Source of the DNA: Girardia tigrina
Lineage: Eukaryota
Length of the DNA stretch: 64,000 nucleotides
Assembly (NCBI GenBank): GCA_001938485.1
Contig: MQRK01246274.1
Location: 1 to 64,000, forward strand
Direction of reading: 5' to 3'
Within the stretch, counting starts at the first letter, position 1; every line of letters begins with the position of its first letter. The notes under the pieces were generated by a model. The model was given only the letters and a program-made list of their open reading frames with translations. It had not been told where the DNA came from and made no database searches. A program made the translations under genes and the position numbers. Positions 1 through 13,298 of the stretch are shown here, piece after piece.

Positions 1-104
1 ATACAAATTATTCATTTGTCTACAGCTTTTTTAATAACATATTATCATTTTGTGCACTTAATGTGTAGAAAATGTGAAAGTCAACAGACTTTTGTCCACA
101 GCTG
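1..104. mobile_element. Tc1-like transposon terminus
   Basis: Ends ACTTTTGTCCACAGCTG|TA, the reverse complement of a CAG-start Tc1-type TIR followed by a TA target. Confidence 0.45.
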
Positions 105-409
105 TATATATATAATATTTGTCTAAAAAGTGTGTTCGTTTGTCAGTCACACTTTTCAATGTGAAATTGCGGAGGAAACAGAGTGAATCCATTTAAGAAC
201 GTGGTCAAAATGGATAAACCGCATTTGGACAATTCTGTTGGTGCAGCGCCGTCACTGAATGACACTGTGGGCCGACTTTATTGACCGATTGTTAAATCAA
301 CACAGAATTCGAAGCAATAAATTATAATAATTACGATTTAAAAATTTAAACAGAAACTTTCAAAGACAAAAATGCGACTCACCCGTCATATATTACGGTT
401 TTTTACTAG
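105..409 (+). mobile_element. Non-autonomous Helitron-like element
   Basis: (TA)n 5' start; 3' hairpin CCGT-catatatt-ACGG (383-398) followed after 7 nt by CTAG|T (406-410). Confidence 0.5.
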
Positions 410-1994
410 TTTGATACATGAAACTCTTTTTAGGGAATGTAAGTAGCCTTCTGTTGGAGTCAATATTTAAATCTTTATTATTTTAATTAGGATTTAGAAT
501 AGAAACCGCAATAATAAATACGAAACAAGAACATATATTTTATTCTTCCTATTATCATCAATTTGTTGGAATGTGCTTCTCAAGTTTCCCATCTTTAAAT
601 TGTCATATCTAATCGATATAAATAACTCTAAAAGTAAACATAACGGGTACAAAGTAAACAGGGAAAAGCAGTTAGGCCATGGAGTACAGTTAAAGTAGTA
701 TAACTCCTTTGATGACCTATTTTATTGACCCCTCTTGAGGTGTGATCTTTTTTTAATTATTATTTTGATAAGTATTTTTTAAACTGCTGAACTATGTATT
801 GTTCCCCCTTAAAATGAAAACTATAGTGTTACCATTATAACTTGTTTGCCTGATCAAGGAGGTTGTATTTGGTACCTAATTTCGGACTGAAACATAATTA
901 AATAGTTTTTAATGATTATACACTAGTGAGGTAAAGTTTTTAATGATTTTATACGATTTTCTTGCATTAATCAATTTTTTATAAATTAAAATTTAATTAC
1001 TTCATGCAAATCAAGAATTAAAATTCCTTAAAATTAATCATTTTATTATTTATGATTAAAATTTAGTATTATAATTAAATACATATATGTTTACTAATGA
1101 TTAAATTAAATCATTTAAATTAACAAAAAATTAATTAATTTTATTTAATCAAAAAATGTTTTAATTACCTAAAATAAATATTTTTTATGAAAAAAAGTCT
1201 TCATTTAAATTAAAATAATATATTATCTGTTTCATTTATTTGACAATAGAAAAAAAATATTGAAAAAAATTTTTTTTAATTATATTAATGGATATTTTAT
1301 GAATGGAGAGGTTTTTTTTAAAAAAATTCAAATTGTTAAAATTTTTTCCCTTTTGTGAGTAATGTATTTATGTTTCGTTAAATTATTTAAATTTAAATTA
1401 AAAAAACACGGTCTATTATTAAAACAATGAAATATTGAAAATATATCAACATTATAATAATAAAATAAAATAATTTCTTTGTTTCATTTAAACAATAAAA
1501 CTTATTTTCTTATTTTTTTTCATGTGCCTCTTTAAAAGTTAAAAAAAATTAATATATTTTGTGAAAAAAATTTCAAAATTTTTTTTTCAAAATAATAATT
1601 AATTAATTTATTAAATTAGTAAAATTAAATAAAAATATATTTTTATATTTTTATTAACCGTTCTAGGAGCGCCAAATCGTTCGTCAAACCGGTTTTCGAA
1701 CTCTGTCAATCATCGATATTTATTCACTGTTACATGTGATAATATAAACAAAACATATTAAAATGATTTATATGAATACGATTAAAACAATAAAATCCTT
1801 ATCGATTGTTCATTAATTATTCAATGACAGTCGAATAATTCTCGACAAATTATACAAAAAAATGTTTGATTTCTAATACTTTTATAATGTTTTAATTAAT
1901 AAAAAATATATAAGAATTATTATTATTAATAAACTTGAAAAAAGATGGCAATTTTTTATTATAAACAAATAAACGCCATTTAAAAATATATTTT

Positions 1995-2037
1995 ATGATA
2001 ATATATTTAGACGGTTTAACCGTCATCATCAGATCAC
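1995..2037 (-). ncRNA. Hammerhead copy in inverted pLTR, core mutated (GAAA>TAAA)
   Basis: Minus strand reads gtgat-CTGATGA-tGACGGttaaaCCGTC-TAAA-tata-TT-atcat. Confidence 0.65.
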
Positions 2038-2669
2038 TGATTATGTTCTTTTTTATTGCTTTTATATAAGAAATGAATGATTATGCAATCACTTACGTAA
2101 GGCTAATCGAAAACTCTTAACAAATTAGTTGAGAGTGCTGTTTGAACATTGATTTTTGGATCACATGATCTTATCAACAATGCTTCACATGACACTTCAA
2201 GAATTCGATCTTGAAATCAACAAATAACATTTTAAATTTAAAAATTATTTCTCAATCATTTAAAGTTGAGAATATGTTTTGCAATAAATCCTTTAGGATT
2301 ATGTTCGGACATTGTTTATCAATACACATGTAATGGGTGCAATACCACATACATCCGAGAGACTGTCCGTTATCTCTGCAAACGAGTCCAAGAACACAGT
2401 CAAAAAGGGGGAAAGAGAAATATTGCTGAGCATAAAAAAACGTGTAAATGTAAAATAAGCATAAATGATTTGAAGATTTTGTGCAAGCATTTTCAAAATT
2501 ATTGGGAGAGAGTGTCATGTGAAGCATTGTTGATAAGATCATATGATCCTAAAATCAATGTTCAAACAGCACTCTCAACTAATTTGTTAAGAGTTTTTGA
2601 TTAGACTTACGTAAGTGATTACATAATCATTCATTTCTTATATAGAAGCAATAAAAAAGAACATAATCA

Positions 2670-2712
2670 GTGATCTGATGATGACGGTTAAACCGTCGAA
2701 ATTTATTATCCT
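2670..2712 (+). ncRNA. Minimal hammerhead ribozyme (PLE type)
   Basis: gtgat-CTGATGA-tGACGG ttaaa CCGTC-GAAA-ttta-TT-atc: conserved core boxes, 5-bp stem II, short stem I. Confidence 0.75.
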
Positions 2713-3306
2713 AAAATATATTTTTAAATGGCGTTTATTTGTTAATTATTATTTTGAGGAATATTTTAAACTGTGTATGAATGGAGTGCGTTTATTTGAG
2801 TGTGTGGAAATAGGAAAAGTGTACTTTATTGTATTTGCGATCACTGATCATTTGAACAGAATTTACATTTATAAAATTATTAAAAATTTAATAATCCAAT
2901 AAAATTTAGATTTATAAATAATAAAAATAATTTTAAATATAAATAATCTTTTTCAAAAAATTATATGAACACATTTAGCATATTAATTACATTTTAAGAT
3001 ATTTTAGAGGTTCGAAATAATTTTACAATTAATTTTAATTATTTTTTATAATTTAATGAAATATTTTTGAAATAAATTGAAGCATAAAAAAAAGTAATTT
3101 TTTGTTATCTAATTGTATTTAAAAATACTTTTTCATGGTGAATTTTAAATGAAATTTAAATAAAATAATTTTTAAGTTACAAACACAAAGTTAATTAATT
3201 TTATCATGGTCATATAATTATTTTAAATTAAATAAATAATAAATGTTACTGAGAAATAAGAAGATATTTTTGAATAATCATTATTAAAAATCGAGAAATA
3301 ACACTA

Positions 3307-3517
3307 CCCGTTTTACTTGAATATGAGACCACCCTAAATATGACAATTTTTGTCATTTTTTTCGTTACTTGCAAACTTGAATATAAGACCATAGTTTTAT
3401 ATTGAAGAACAAATTAAGAAAACAAGCAAATTTAATTATTAAAAATATACACTCAAAAATCAAAAAAAATTACAAAATGGTAATATTTAGGGTGGTCTTT
3501 TATTCGAGAAACACCGG
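3307..3517. mobile_element. pogo/Tc2-like MITE
   Basis: Imperfect TIRs (ta|cccgttttacttgaatatgagaccaccctaaatat ... atatttagggtggtcttttattcgagaaacaccgg|ta) with TA flanks. Confidence 0.55.
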
Positions 3518-4515
3518 TAATTTGAATGATGACAAATGGTGAAAGATCTTCCAAGAAGTCTGAGGGAGATGGCTCTAATTATGATGATAATTGATGGTTT
3601 AATAATAATTGTGTCAGTGCTTTTTAATTATTTTTTGTTTTCGTAAAGAAAAAATAAGAATAATTAAAAGGAAAAAAATATTTTTTTCCTTTAAAGGTAG
3701 GTAAAAATAAATAATACAGTTAATAAAAAACACATATTATTCATATACAATTTGTTTATCTTATTTGTTTTTATCAATACATCAATTTCAATGAGAGATA
3801 GGAATAAAAATAAATAAAAAATAAAAATAATAAATATATAAATAAATAAAACAACAATTAATTTAATTTCTTTAAAAAAATTGATTAGAAAATAGAAAAG
3901 TTTTTTATCATTTTTATTTCGTGAGTTTAAGATAAAAATACGTTTTCTATATTTTTTAAAAAGCATTTTAAAATGCTCAAAAAGTTTTCTAAATATCGTT
4001 AATTTAAAAGATTAAATGAGAAAATTAAAAGAAAATAATTGTACTAACTTAACTGACTTTTGAAAAGATAAAAATAAAAGGAAAATTAATTCTTCTGTCA
4101 CTAAAAAATGTAAAAGAAAAAATAAAAATTAGAAAAAATTACTTTTGATAAATTTTAAATGATTTCGTATTTCTTGTTTTCTATTTTCTAATAAATAGTT
4201 TTATTATAACCTGATTTTAGTACAATTATAATTAATTTATTTTTTTTAAAAAAAAATTAGGTGGAATTATTTTATTTTCTAAATTTTTTTCCATATATTT
4301 TCCACTTCAGTGAAATCCAATTTTTTTTTCTTTAAGAAGACAAAAATGAATTTTGCAATCTAATTTTATTTTAGTTAAGATATTTCATTGAATAAATTAT
4401 AAATTATAATTCAATTTCGAGAATTTTCAATTAATTTTGGAGACTAATATTTTCCAAAATATTTTAAACTCTATGAAATTTATATTTTTAGTAATAAACA
4501 AACTAAGTAATAATA

Positions 4516-5792
4516 TTAGGTGTACAACTAATTAATTTCGTATTTGTTACGAAATAACCTTATATTTGTATTTGTTACCTCATTTCGAATTTGTTACTAA
4601 ACTCATATCTATTTATGTAGTCAATAGTCAATTTTATTGAATTTTAGTAAACACACAATTTTTTTTTATTACAGTCAAAATGTCAAATTACGTTCCAACA
4701 AAACAGCATTTGCGGGGAGGTTTGCTTTTGTTCTTTAATTTAAGGAAAAGTGCAACAGAAGCACATCGTTTACTCTCAGAAGCTTATCCTGAATATGCTT
4801 CAGAGGTTAGAGTATGTCAGCAGTAATTTGCACGACTTAAAAGTGGCGATTTTGACACAGAAGACAAAGAGCGATCAGGTCCATCAAAAAAGTTTGAAGA
4901 CAAAGAATTGGAGGCCTTACTCGATCAAGATCCATGTCAAACTCAAGAAGAACTTGGAAAAACATTGGAAGTCACTCAACAAGCCATTTCTAAACGTTTA
5001 AAAGCAGCAGGATACATTCAGAAACAAGGAAATTGGGGCCACACGAATTGAAGCCGAGAGACGTTGAGAGACGACTTTGCATGTCTGAAATGCTGCTTAA
5101 TCGCCACAAAAAGAAACCGTTTTTACATCTTATTGTCACTGGCGATGAAAAGTGGATTTATTACGACAACCCAAAGCGTAAAAGATCATATGTGAAGCCA
5201 GGTCAACCAGCCAAATCGACACCAAAGCCGAATATTCATGGTTTGAAGGTAATGCTCTGTATTTGGTGGGATCAGAAGGGTGTACTGTACTATGAGCTGT
5301 TAAAATCGGGTCAGACGATCACGGGAGAGCTATACAGGCAACAATTGATACGTTTGAAGCAAGCAATAGCCGAAAAACGACCAGAATGGGCGACCAGACA
5401 CGAGAAATTGGTTTTCCATCATGACAATGCTCGGCCACATGTTGCAGTACCGGTCAAAAATTATTTGGAAAATGCTGGATGGGAAATTCTACCTCAACCG
5501 CCTTATAGCCCAGACATAGCTCCTTCTGATTACCACTTGTTTCGGTCGATGCAGAATCACCTGTCTGGAATACGGTTCACCAATATTGAAGGTATTAAAA
5601 AATGGCTTGATGACTTTCTCGGCGCAAAAGATGAGAAGTTTTTTTGGGATGGAATCCATAAATTGCCTGACAGATGGGAAAAAGTTGCCGCTTCCGATGG
5701 ACAATATTTTGAATAAAATATTTTTTCACTTTTATACTTAAATAAATGGTTTTTTAACAAAAAAATACGAAATTAATTAGTTGTACACCCAA
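4516..5792 (+). mobile_element. Full-length mariner (DD34D, Mos1/mauritiana-like), 1277 bp
   Basis: 30-bp TIRs TTAGGTGTACAACTAATTAATTTCGTATTT with 1 mismatch; TA TSDs at 4514-15 and 5793-94. Confidence 0.96.
4680..5716 (+). pseudogene. mariner transposase with one stop and one frameshift
   Basis: Begins MSNYVPTKQHLR. Stop TAA at 4824; 1-nt deletion in the WVPHEL motif (~5037). TGDEKW, HDNARPH and YSPDIAPSDY are intact. Confidence 0.93.
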
Positions 5793-6285
5793 TAATTAAA
5801 AATTATTGTTGTGATTATAATTAAAAATAAAATTATTATTATTGTTATTTATTATTTTATTATCAAAATATAAAATAAAATAAAAATTAATTGCAAAATA
5901 AGTAATAATTTTTTTATTTATTTTCAAATCATTGCCACTAAATATTTATTTATTAATATTTTTATTTTATATTTTTGGCGATGATTTTGTTGAATATTTA
6001 ATTATATTTTTGCTCAAAATTTAAACAAAATTGAAATCCTTTTTGTTTGAATGATGTCTCAGAAAAATAATCTGCGTGCATCCATTCAATTATTAGATAA
6101 AACTATTTAGTTATTCTGTCAATTATAACAATAAAAATAACACAGCTGTCATATCAAGAGTATTAAGTAACGAAAACTGAGTCAAAAAAGTCACAAATTG
6201 TATATTTGATATATTACTAATGCCTACAAATATTAAATATCGTGAAATATTATTTATATTTTATAATAAAATCATCATAACTAAC

Positions 6286-6504
6286 ATCTTCTGTTAATTT
6301 ATCACAGTCCATACTCTTTGGCCAAGTGAATCCGTACGTATTCATTACGGGAGAACATCCCTTACGGGCACTTTCGCAGACTGACCGACATGCGTAAATT
6401 CGTTTTGGCCAATTCGGTAGACAAATCGGGGCGTACAAACTGCATAGAAATAGTTGCAGATTCTTCGAACAACCAATTTCGACTAAAGGATAAAACTGGT
6501 GAAC
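6286..6504 (-). CDS. fzd5/8: Frizzled (Fz5/8-like) coding exon 2: rest of the CRD
   Basis: Acceptor tttcAG at 6505, then 73 codons VHQFYPLVEIGCSKNLQLFLCSLYAPICLPNWPKRIYACRSVCESARKGCSPVMNTYGFTWPKSMDCDKLTED, then donor GTTAGT. Joins exon 1 in phase 0 and completes the 10-Cys CRD. Confidence 0.93.
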
Positions 6505-6589
6505 CTGAAAGATAAAAATAATGAAAACATTTTTTTAAAAAATGTTGTTTATCATTTTTAATTTAATTTTTGTTAAACTGTTTCATTAC

Positions 6590-7702
6590 ACACGCAATGC
6601 TTTCAACAGGTAACCGACCTAAAGCAAAAAAAATGATATGGCAAATTTTAGTTTTTTTTGTGTTTGATTAAATAAATTAATGTTTTAATTTCAGTAATTG
6701 TTTTATTTTTTCAATGCATTAAAATTTTTTTTGCGAAATTTTGAATTTTTGTCACTGCGGTGATTTTAGACATCGAATATCGCAGCGTTATCAAGTTCAT
6801 TTTGTAACAGAAGAAGACGAGCAGTGAAATCTAACATCTTTTGCATTTAAATTACCTATATGATTCCCCATCTCAGACTACTGTAAAATATTGGATTAGA
6901 GAGTTTGAAGGTGGTCGCATCTCCGCTTTTAATCAAGACAAATATGATTAGTGAAAAGAAATTTTTGACACAGTAATAGAAAAATTAGAGAATATGGTCC
7001 AAAAAGAGAGTCAAATAACCTTGAAAATGCTGCCTTGAAAGCCCCCACCAAATTTAAATCAATGGGTATCGGAAAACTGTGCTCCAGATTCGTACTCCTC
7101 TTCTTCAATAGTGAAATAATGCGAAACAGCTTGAAGTACAGTTAGAATAATTTGAACTGGTCGAACCAGCATGGGAGACTGTCACGACAAATTTAATTAC
7201 AAAACCCCACTTTGTATTGGAATAAGCCATGAATTTCGTGGATAATGGCATCACCTATTATAGCTAAGTCGTGGCAACCGCCAGAAAGGTTAGCAAAAGC
7301 AGAACACCCAAAAATGGTTTCTCTGCAACTATGTGCCAGTACACACAGCTTCCTAAACTCGGGCTACAATTGAAGTTGCTCATAGATCATCCGTTGTACA
7401 GCTCAAATGTATCACCGACTGATTTTTACCCCTTCAGACACCAAAAAAAGCATTTCAGAGACATCTTATTTGAATCTAAAGACGATTTGAAGGTTGCCTT
7501 TGAAAATTTCCTCCCCTATATCCATCAGAACGTTTTAAAAGGTATTTTCAGAGTTGATTATTCGTTGGTGGAAGTGTGAAGAATGAAATGGACATTATGT
7601 TTCAAAATGATACCGACAAACGTTCAACTTGTTGTGTTATAAAAATTGCCCTTCTGGAATTTGTTCTCTTTGCCAGGCCAGGTACTTATTGAACACGCCA
7701 CA
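6590..7702 (+). mobile_element. Degenerate mariner (irritans/mellifera-like)
   Basis: Remnants DIEYRSVIKF, TTVKYWIREFEGGR and HPLYSSNVSPTDFYPF; 3' TIR-like ggccaggtacttattgaacacgccaca|ta. Left end is approximate. Confidence 0.7.
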
Positions 7703-9046
7703 TAGATAATTCAGTTTTTCAAATATAAAAAACACAAAAGTATTAAAACAGTTAAACAATAAAAAAATACAATGTAAAAGTTAACATTTTATTTATTTCA
7801 AGTTAGTTTATTTTCCCGATTTCTGCCCATGTAACTAGAGCTAGTTTAAAGATCATATTTACTTGGAGTAAAAATTGACAATTAAAAAGTTCAGGAATGT
7901 TTTTTAAAAACTTTCAACCTTCCAAGACCTTTCATGAAAGAAAAAGCCTTTTTATAAAATGTAGAGAGAAGTTTTCGGACACCTTGGACTGTGCTTTTTT
8001 AAAAAATAATGACGTGAGACATCGACAGATTAGAACTACTCAATACTTAACAAGATGTACCTCCTACAAATTAAGTGCCTTTTAAAAAATATAAAAGCCA
8101 CATTCTCTATTTGATTATATTAGTTTAAAAGTATCTATTTTAACTATTTAAATTATCGAAAACCAAGATCAGTCAATTCTATTTTGTCTTTTGATAGCAT
8201 CAGTAAATTATTGAATAAATTGTTAATTAAATATATTTTACGAAAAGGCTTCGTTAAGGTTTAGTGTAAATAGATAAAAAATCCATCAGAGAAAGAGAGA
8301 GGATGGAGCAAAACGTGTATTAAATTTAGTGTGAAAACCAAAAAAAATAAAAATAGCTTTGCTTAGAGCTATCTCGTCACAAGTAAAGTTTGAATCCTTT
8401 TTAAAATGTTTATTAGAACAAGGGTTCAGGGGTCCACAAGGTCGTCCAGGATTGAAAGTATTGAATTTTATAATCAAACAAATTTACAAGTAAAACATTT
8501 GTTCTGTCCAATGAAAATGTAAACTTTAATTTTATAAAATATTATTTAGGGAAAGTGATTATTATTATTATTATTATTATTATGTTTTACAAAAGAGAAT
8601 TCAAAACCGCTATAAATAATGGTGAATAGAGATTGAACGGACCAGGAAATGTTTTATAAAACGGAAAGCTTTAAAATGATTTTTTAACACATTTATTGTA
8701 CTTAAATGATTTATTGATTAAACAAAATATAGCACAAACATTGTTTGTTTGAATGAACATTGAGCACATCTTATGTTAAGTTAAAATAGATCTACAAAGT
8801 ATTGTAACGTTACCAAACCTTTTAGAGATCTGCAAGTCATTTTGAGTGATGAGTTAACACTTTCAGATGATTTATATAAAAGTATCTGAAATTACATTGC
8901 TGATACATAAAATGTTCATCTTAAAGGGTCTCGGAAAGACAATATTGACAGCTGTTGACTCTATCAATATGGTTAAAATAAATATAAAATGTAAAATAAC
9001 ACGCTGTAACATCGCTTCTGCTAGCGCGACAGGTATTGATAATGAA

Positions 9047-9088
<42 letters not shown>

Positions 9089-9110
9089 TATAATTATAAT
9101 AAAATTATAA
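9047..9110. repeat. (AAT)n microsatellite
   Basis: Direct trinucleotide run; it explains the poly-N and poly-I ORFs in the track. Confidence 0.95.
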
Positions 9111-12100
9111 TAAAATCTGGTGTGGAAGTTGTTTCCAGTACGACCCCCCAGTGATAGGGTAGGCGGGGTAATTAATGACACATTGCTGTGGTTATATTTC
9201 TATGCCAAAAAACAGGGACACTTGTTCCTGCATATTACAAACATAAATTTCCTTTCAAGTGGGAATCAAATTTGTCAACATTTTGTAAAATTAGGAATTA
9301 TAACTATGTTTTATAACTTTTTCTTATTTTTTTGTATCCTAAAACGTTCCAAATTATAAGATGACCACTTTGAATATTGGGATTAAAATATAAAAAATAA
9401 AAATATTGTAATTTAAAAATTTATTATTTGATTGAGAATATTGTGATTGAGACTACTTGCCAATATATTATAGCAATTATATTTAACTATTATTTTAATT
9501 AATTATTTTCTATTTATCATTTTAAAAGAATTAATTATCCTCATTGTATTTTTAAAATTGTCATAATCTAGAGCGAATCTCGGAACGGAATTAATTGATA
9601 ACGAAAACGAAAAATAATATATAATTTCAATTATATTTTTTTAATTAAATTCTTCAATATCGACAATCAAATAATGAATGTTTGAAGCAAAATCCAAACG
9701 AATAAAAAGTTCATTGTCTGAACAGAGAACGTTTCCGGGTCGTAGATTCCTTTCCACACGTCCCCTATTTCTGTTGTCATTTTATTTTGTTTTTATTTAT
9801 ATTTTATTGTTTTACCAAGTGCAATGGGTCGTGAAATGTGACACGAGAGAAGCGCACATTCGATTATTAACATTCAAATTTTACTAATGGTTCTAAAGTT
9901 TGATTGATGGCCGTTTTTATGTCTTACTCATCCGGGAAAAATGTCACTAATGTAAATAATAAGGAAATCTTTTAGTGCCCAAAATTCAATCAGTGTGACA
10001 TTGGAGGATTTGCGAAGTATTTATAACTCGAATGACATTTTCGTCGAGCCGTATTTCGTGTCATGTAATTTGTTTTGATGTAATTTTCGTTCAGTTGATT
10101 ATTAACATCCAACGGAATGAATGAAGAATTTCGGAATTTAGAGACATTTTTCGTTTGGTTTTATTTGTGTTAGAATTTGATTCTATCAAGTCTGAAGATT
10201 TAATCATAATTATTACTTTATTTATATTTTATTGTATCGGGTAATTAAGACAAGTAAAACGAAGTTTCGAAGCATGCTACTAATATATATTTAAGCCTGT
10301 TATAGGCAACTCAAATTTATCTTTTAAGAAAATGTTAAAACCTTTAAAACACTACAAGGAGATTCTCATAAACTTTTTACTTTAATATAAGCATATATAC
10401 ATATCATACTTATAAAATGAATTTATTTTAGAGATCGCTTTTAAAATAGTTTTAATCTCCTTTAAAATACACAAGTGTAGAAATGTTTTTACAGTGAAAG
10501 CCGCATATAGTGACCACCCAAAGTCAAAATCAGCATCGGAGCATGCATTAAAAGTTACTACAAATACTGTGCTACATCAAGGCGGCCACTCTTAATAGTT
10601 ATTATATATAAATATTCTGTAAAATTAATATGCTCTAAAGGCTTTGATAAGTACTAAAGCTAAAATATATGTTTCAATCCATGAATAAAGTTGTTTTCAT
10701 TTTAACAATCTTGTAACATGGATATAAACAAACTAATAATAAAGCAAGAATTTAACGTTACAAGCTTAATTATATATAATATAGCTGTGAAAGATACATA
10801 ATGTAAGTAAATACTATACTGAAAACTACAGTCTTTCCTCAAGTGAAGATATGGCCTCGATCACTCTGATTCTAAAGAGTCATAACAGAGTTTGAAGATT
10901 TGAACGTCTTTTCAAACAGATAAGATATTCTTGTTGGTTATTTATTTTAGTTTGATGATTTCTTAGTTGAATATTTTAGAACTTCTGTCCTTCAAGTGCA
11001 TGAACTTCGTTGAATCACCTTCCTAATAATGGTAAATGGTATTTAATCTTTATCAATTCTTTTATTTTTATCTCATTGAAAGGTTCTATGGAGTCCAACA
11101 TAATTAGTTAGAACAATAAAATTCTTCTTGTTTTTCTTTTTCTTGTAATATAAACTATACAATTAGAATAAATGGAAACTAAAAATAGTGTTTCGGTTAG
11201 CATATTTTCCAACATTCACCACGGCCATGTATTAATCTACTCCCCAAATGAAATAATTTTACACAAAACAGACTAGCTTGATAAAAAGTATTACAGTTAT
11301 AATTACAAGGATAGTGTATCGGAGTCACATTTATTTACGGTTTTATAAGTGATTGTGAGATAATGGAACGTTTAAATATGGGCAGTGTAAAGTAAATACA
11401 CCCTCTGATACATTGTTTTCGGGAACTTCGAGCTTTACGGGTATTAGGTTCGTGATTAAAATTGGAATTCATAATTCGTAAACTTTATTTATACTACAAT
11501 TTTCATTATTGAAACAAATTTATGAGGAACTATTTCGATTACGTAATCCAGATCTAAAAAATTCTAAATATGCATAATAATATCGATAAATAAATAAATA
11601 TGTTATTTTATTCAATTTTGCATAAATTTAGATCTTTAAAAATATTTTCAAAATTCAATTTAAACATAGTGATTATTAATAATTTAAACTATAAATTATT
11701 TCTCTTTAATAAAACATTTTATTTGTTTTTAACAAAAATTTGCAAAAAAAATTTACAACTTTAAGATACAATGCACAAATTTCAAATACAGAAAATATTA
11801 TTTTTATTTTTGAAATACAAATCACGATTTTTTTAAAATACACAAATATTAATCACTATTTAAATTTATTATTATTTAATAGAGATTTTAATTATAAAAT
11901 TTNNNNNNNNNNNNNNNNNNNNNNNNNNNNNNNNNNNNNNNNNNNNNNNNNNTATATATCTATATTTTATCAATTATTTATGGAATTAACTTTTTAAAAT
12001 TAATTAAGATATTTTTTTTCTTATAACTGTTTAAAAACTTTTGGTTTTAAATATTTATTTTAGAGATTATTAATAACAATTAATTATTTTCAAATTTTAA

Positions 12101-12678
12101 AAGAATGCGTCTGTTCTTTTCTTTTTAAGAATTTAAAAAGATTTTTATTTTAGAGAACTATTTCATTTTAATTAATCGAATATTATTTTTGATTTATTTA
12201 AAATATAAATATGATTTTTTAAAAATATCGAAAATTTAAAAATATCAAAAATTTAAAGATCACCAAAAAGAACCCCGACAACGGGAATGTTGACGAACCT
12301 AAAGAATTATCTCTTGGTTTTCCTATGCTCAAACTATAATCAGTTAAGATAAAACATTTTCATTGATGATATTTAAAATGACTTATTATTTTAAAACCTT
12401 AGAAGTGTATCAATCATTATTTTATTAAAATATAATTAGAACATAAAGTAAAAGATGATTTCTGAAGAGGCCTGAAGAATACCGATTCTCACTTGAAATA
12501 TATATTTTTGATACGTATATATATTTATAAAAAATATTATTTGATATTTTACAGCTTATATATGAGAAATGAGAGATTAAATCAGCTATTATTTAAAAAT
12601 AATCAGTGTTTTATTACTCTTACCACCTGTATGAATGAGCGTTTTGATCGGTTGTCGGATATGGTTGACAGTCTATCT

Positions 12679-13298
12679 CCGGGGTGGCCTACCTGCAGCC
12701 TACGGGCCACATGATGCTCTCTTTAAACATTTTTACGGCTGCAAGATTCATCACAATTTTACAAAATATATTATAAAATATTTTTGTTGACTTACAATTC
12801 AATATTGAATTAAAACACATTTTTGAAACTTCAGAATGAAAAATATATCTTTATAATATTTTTCAAATTTGATAAACTTGCATAAAAAGTTGATAGCGCT
12901 TTTGATTGAACTTACACCTGCAATCGTTCGAAAATGAAAATGACTAAACACAAAACACGGTCAAACATAACGGACGCTAACATCCAAGCCCAATTACGAT
13001 ATGCAAATACCCAAATAGAAATCGATTTGCAATAGCTAAGTGGGAAACAAATATCGCACTATTAAAATAAATATGTTTTAATGACTTTATTTATATTTAT
13101 ATATTTTTTTTACAATATGCGTTATTATTATATTATCTATGTTACTGTATCGGAATATTATGCTTCATTTTCACACTCCAAAAAATTTCTATAGTGGATT
13201 AAAATATAATATGATAATATATAATTTTAAATGTGGCCCGCTGAGTTATGATGGTTTTCCAAAGTGGTCCCTAAGATCATTTCAGTTGGTCACCCCTG
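12679..13298 (+). mobile_element. Internally deleted hAT (Charlie/Buster-like)
   Basis: TIRs ccggggtggcctac / gttggtcacccctg; (g)tctatct duplicated on both flanks; internal hATC-type remnant TYTCNRSKMKMTKHKTRSNITDANIQAQLR (~12910-13000). Confidence 0.75.

Larger units (their letters stand above)
1935..2743 (+). mobile_element. 5'-truncated PLE (GIY-YIG end plus pLTR) with an inverted pLTR copy
   Basis: About 2210-2604 encodes a frameshifted GIY-YIG C-terminus (IVYQYTCNGCNTTYIRETVRYL..RVQEH..CEALLIRSYDPKIN). 1964-2196 is the reverse complement of 2511-2743. Confidence 0.88.

Noticed and set aside
8867-9181. Poly-N and poly-I ORFs
   Set aside because: Translation of the (AAT)n microsatellite.
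12461-12520. Possible additional hammerhead (CTGAAGA...GAAATATATA)
   Set aside because: No convincing stem II or stem I pairing.
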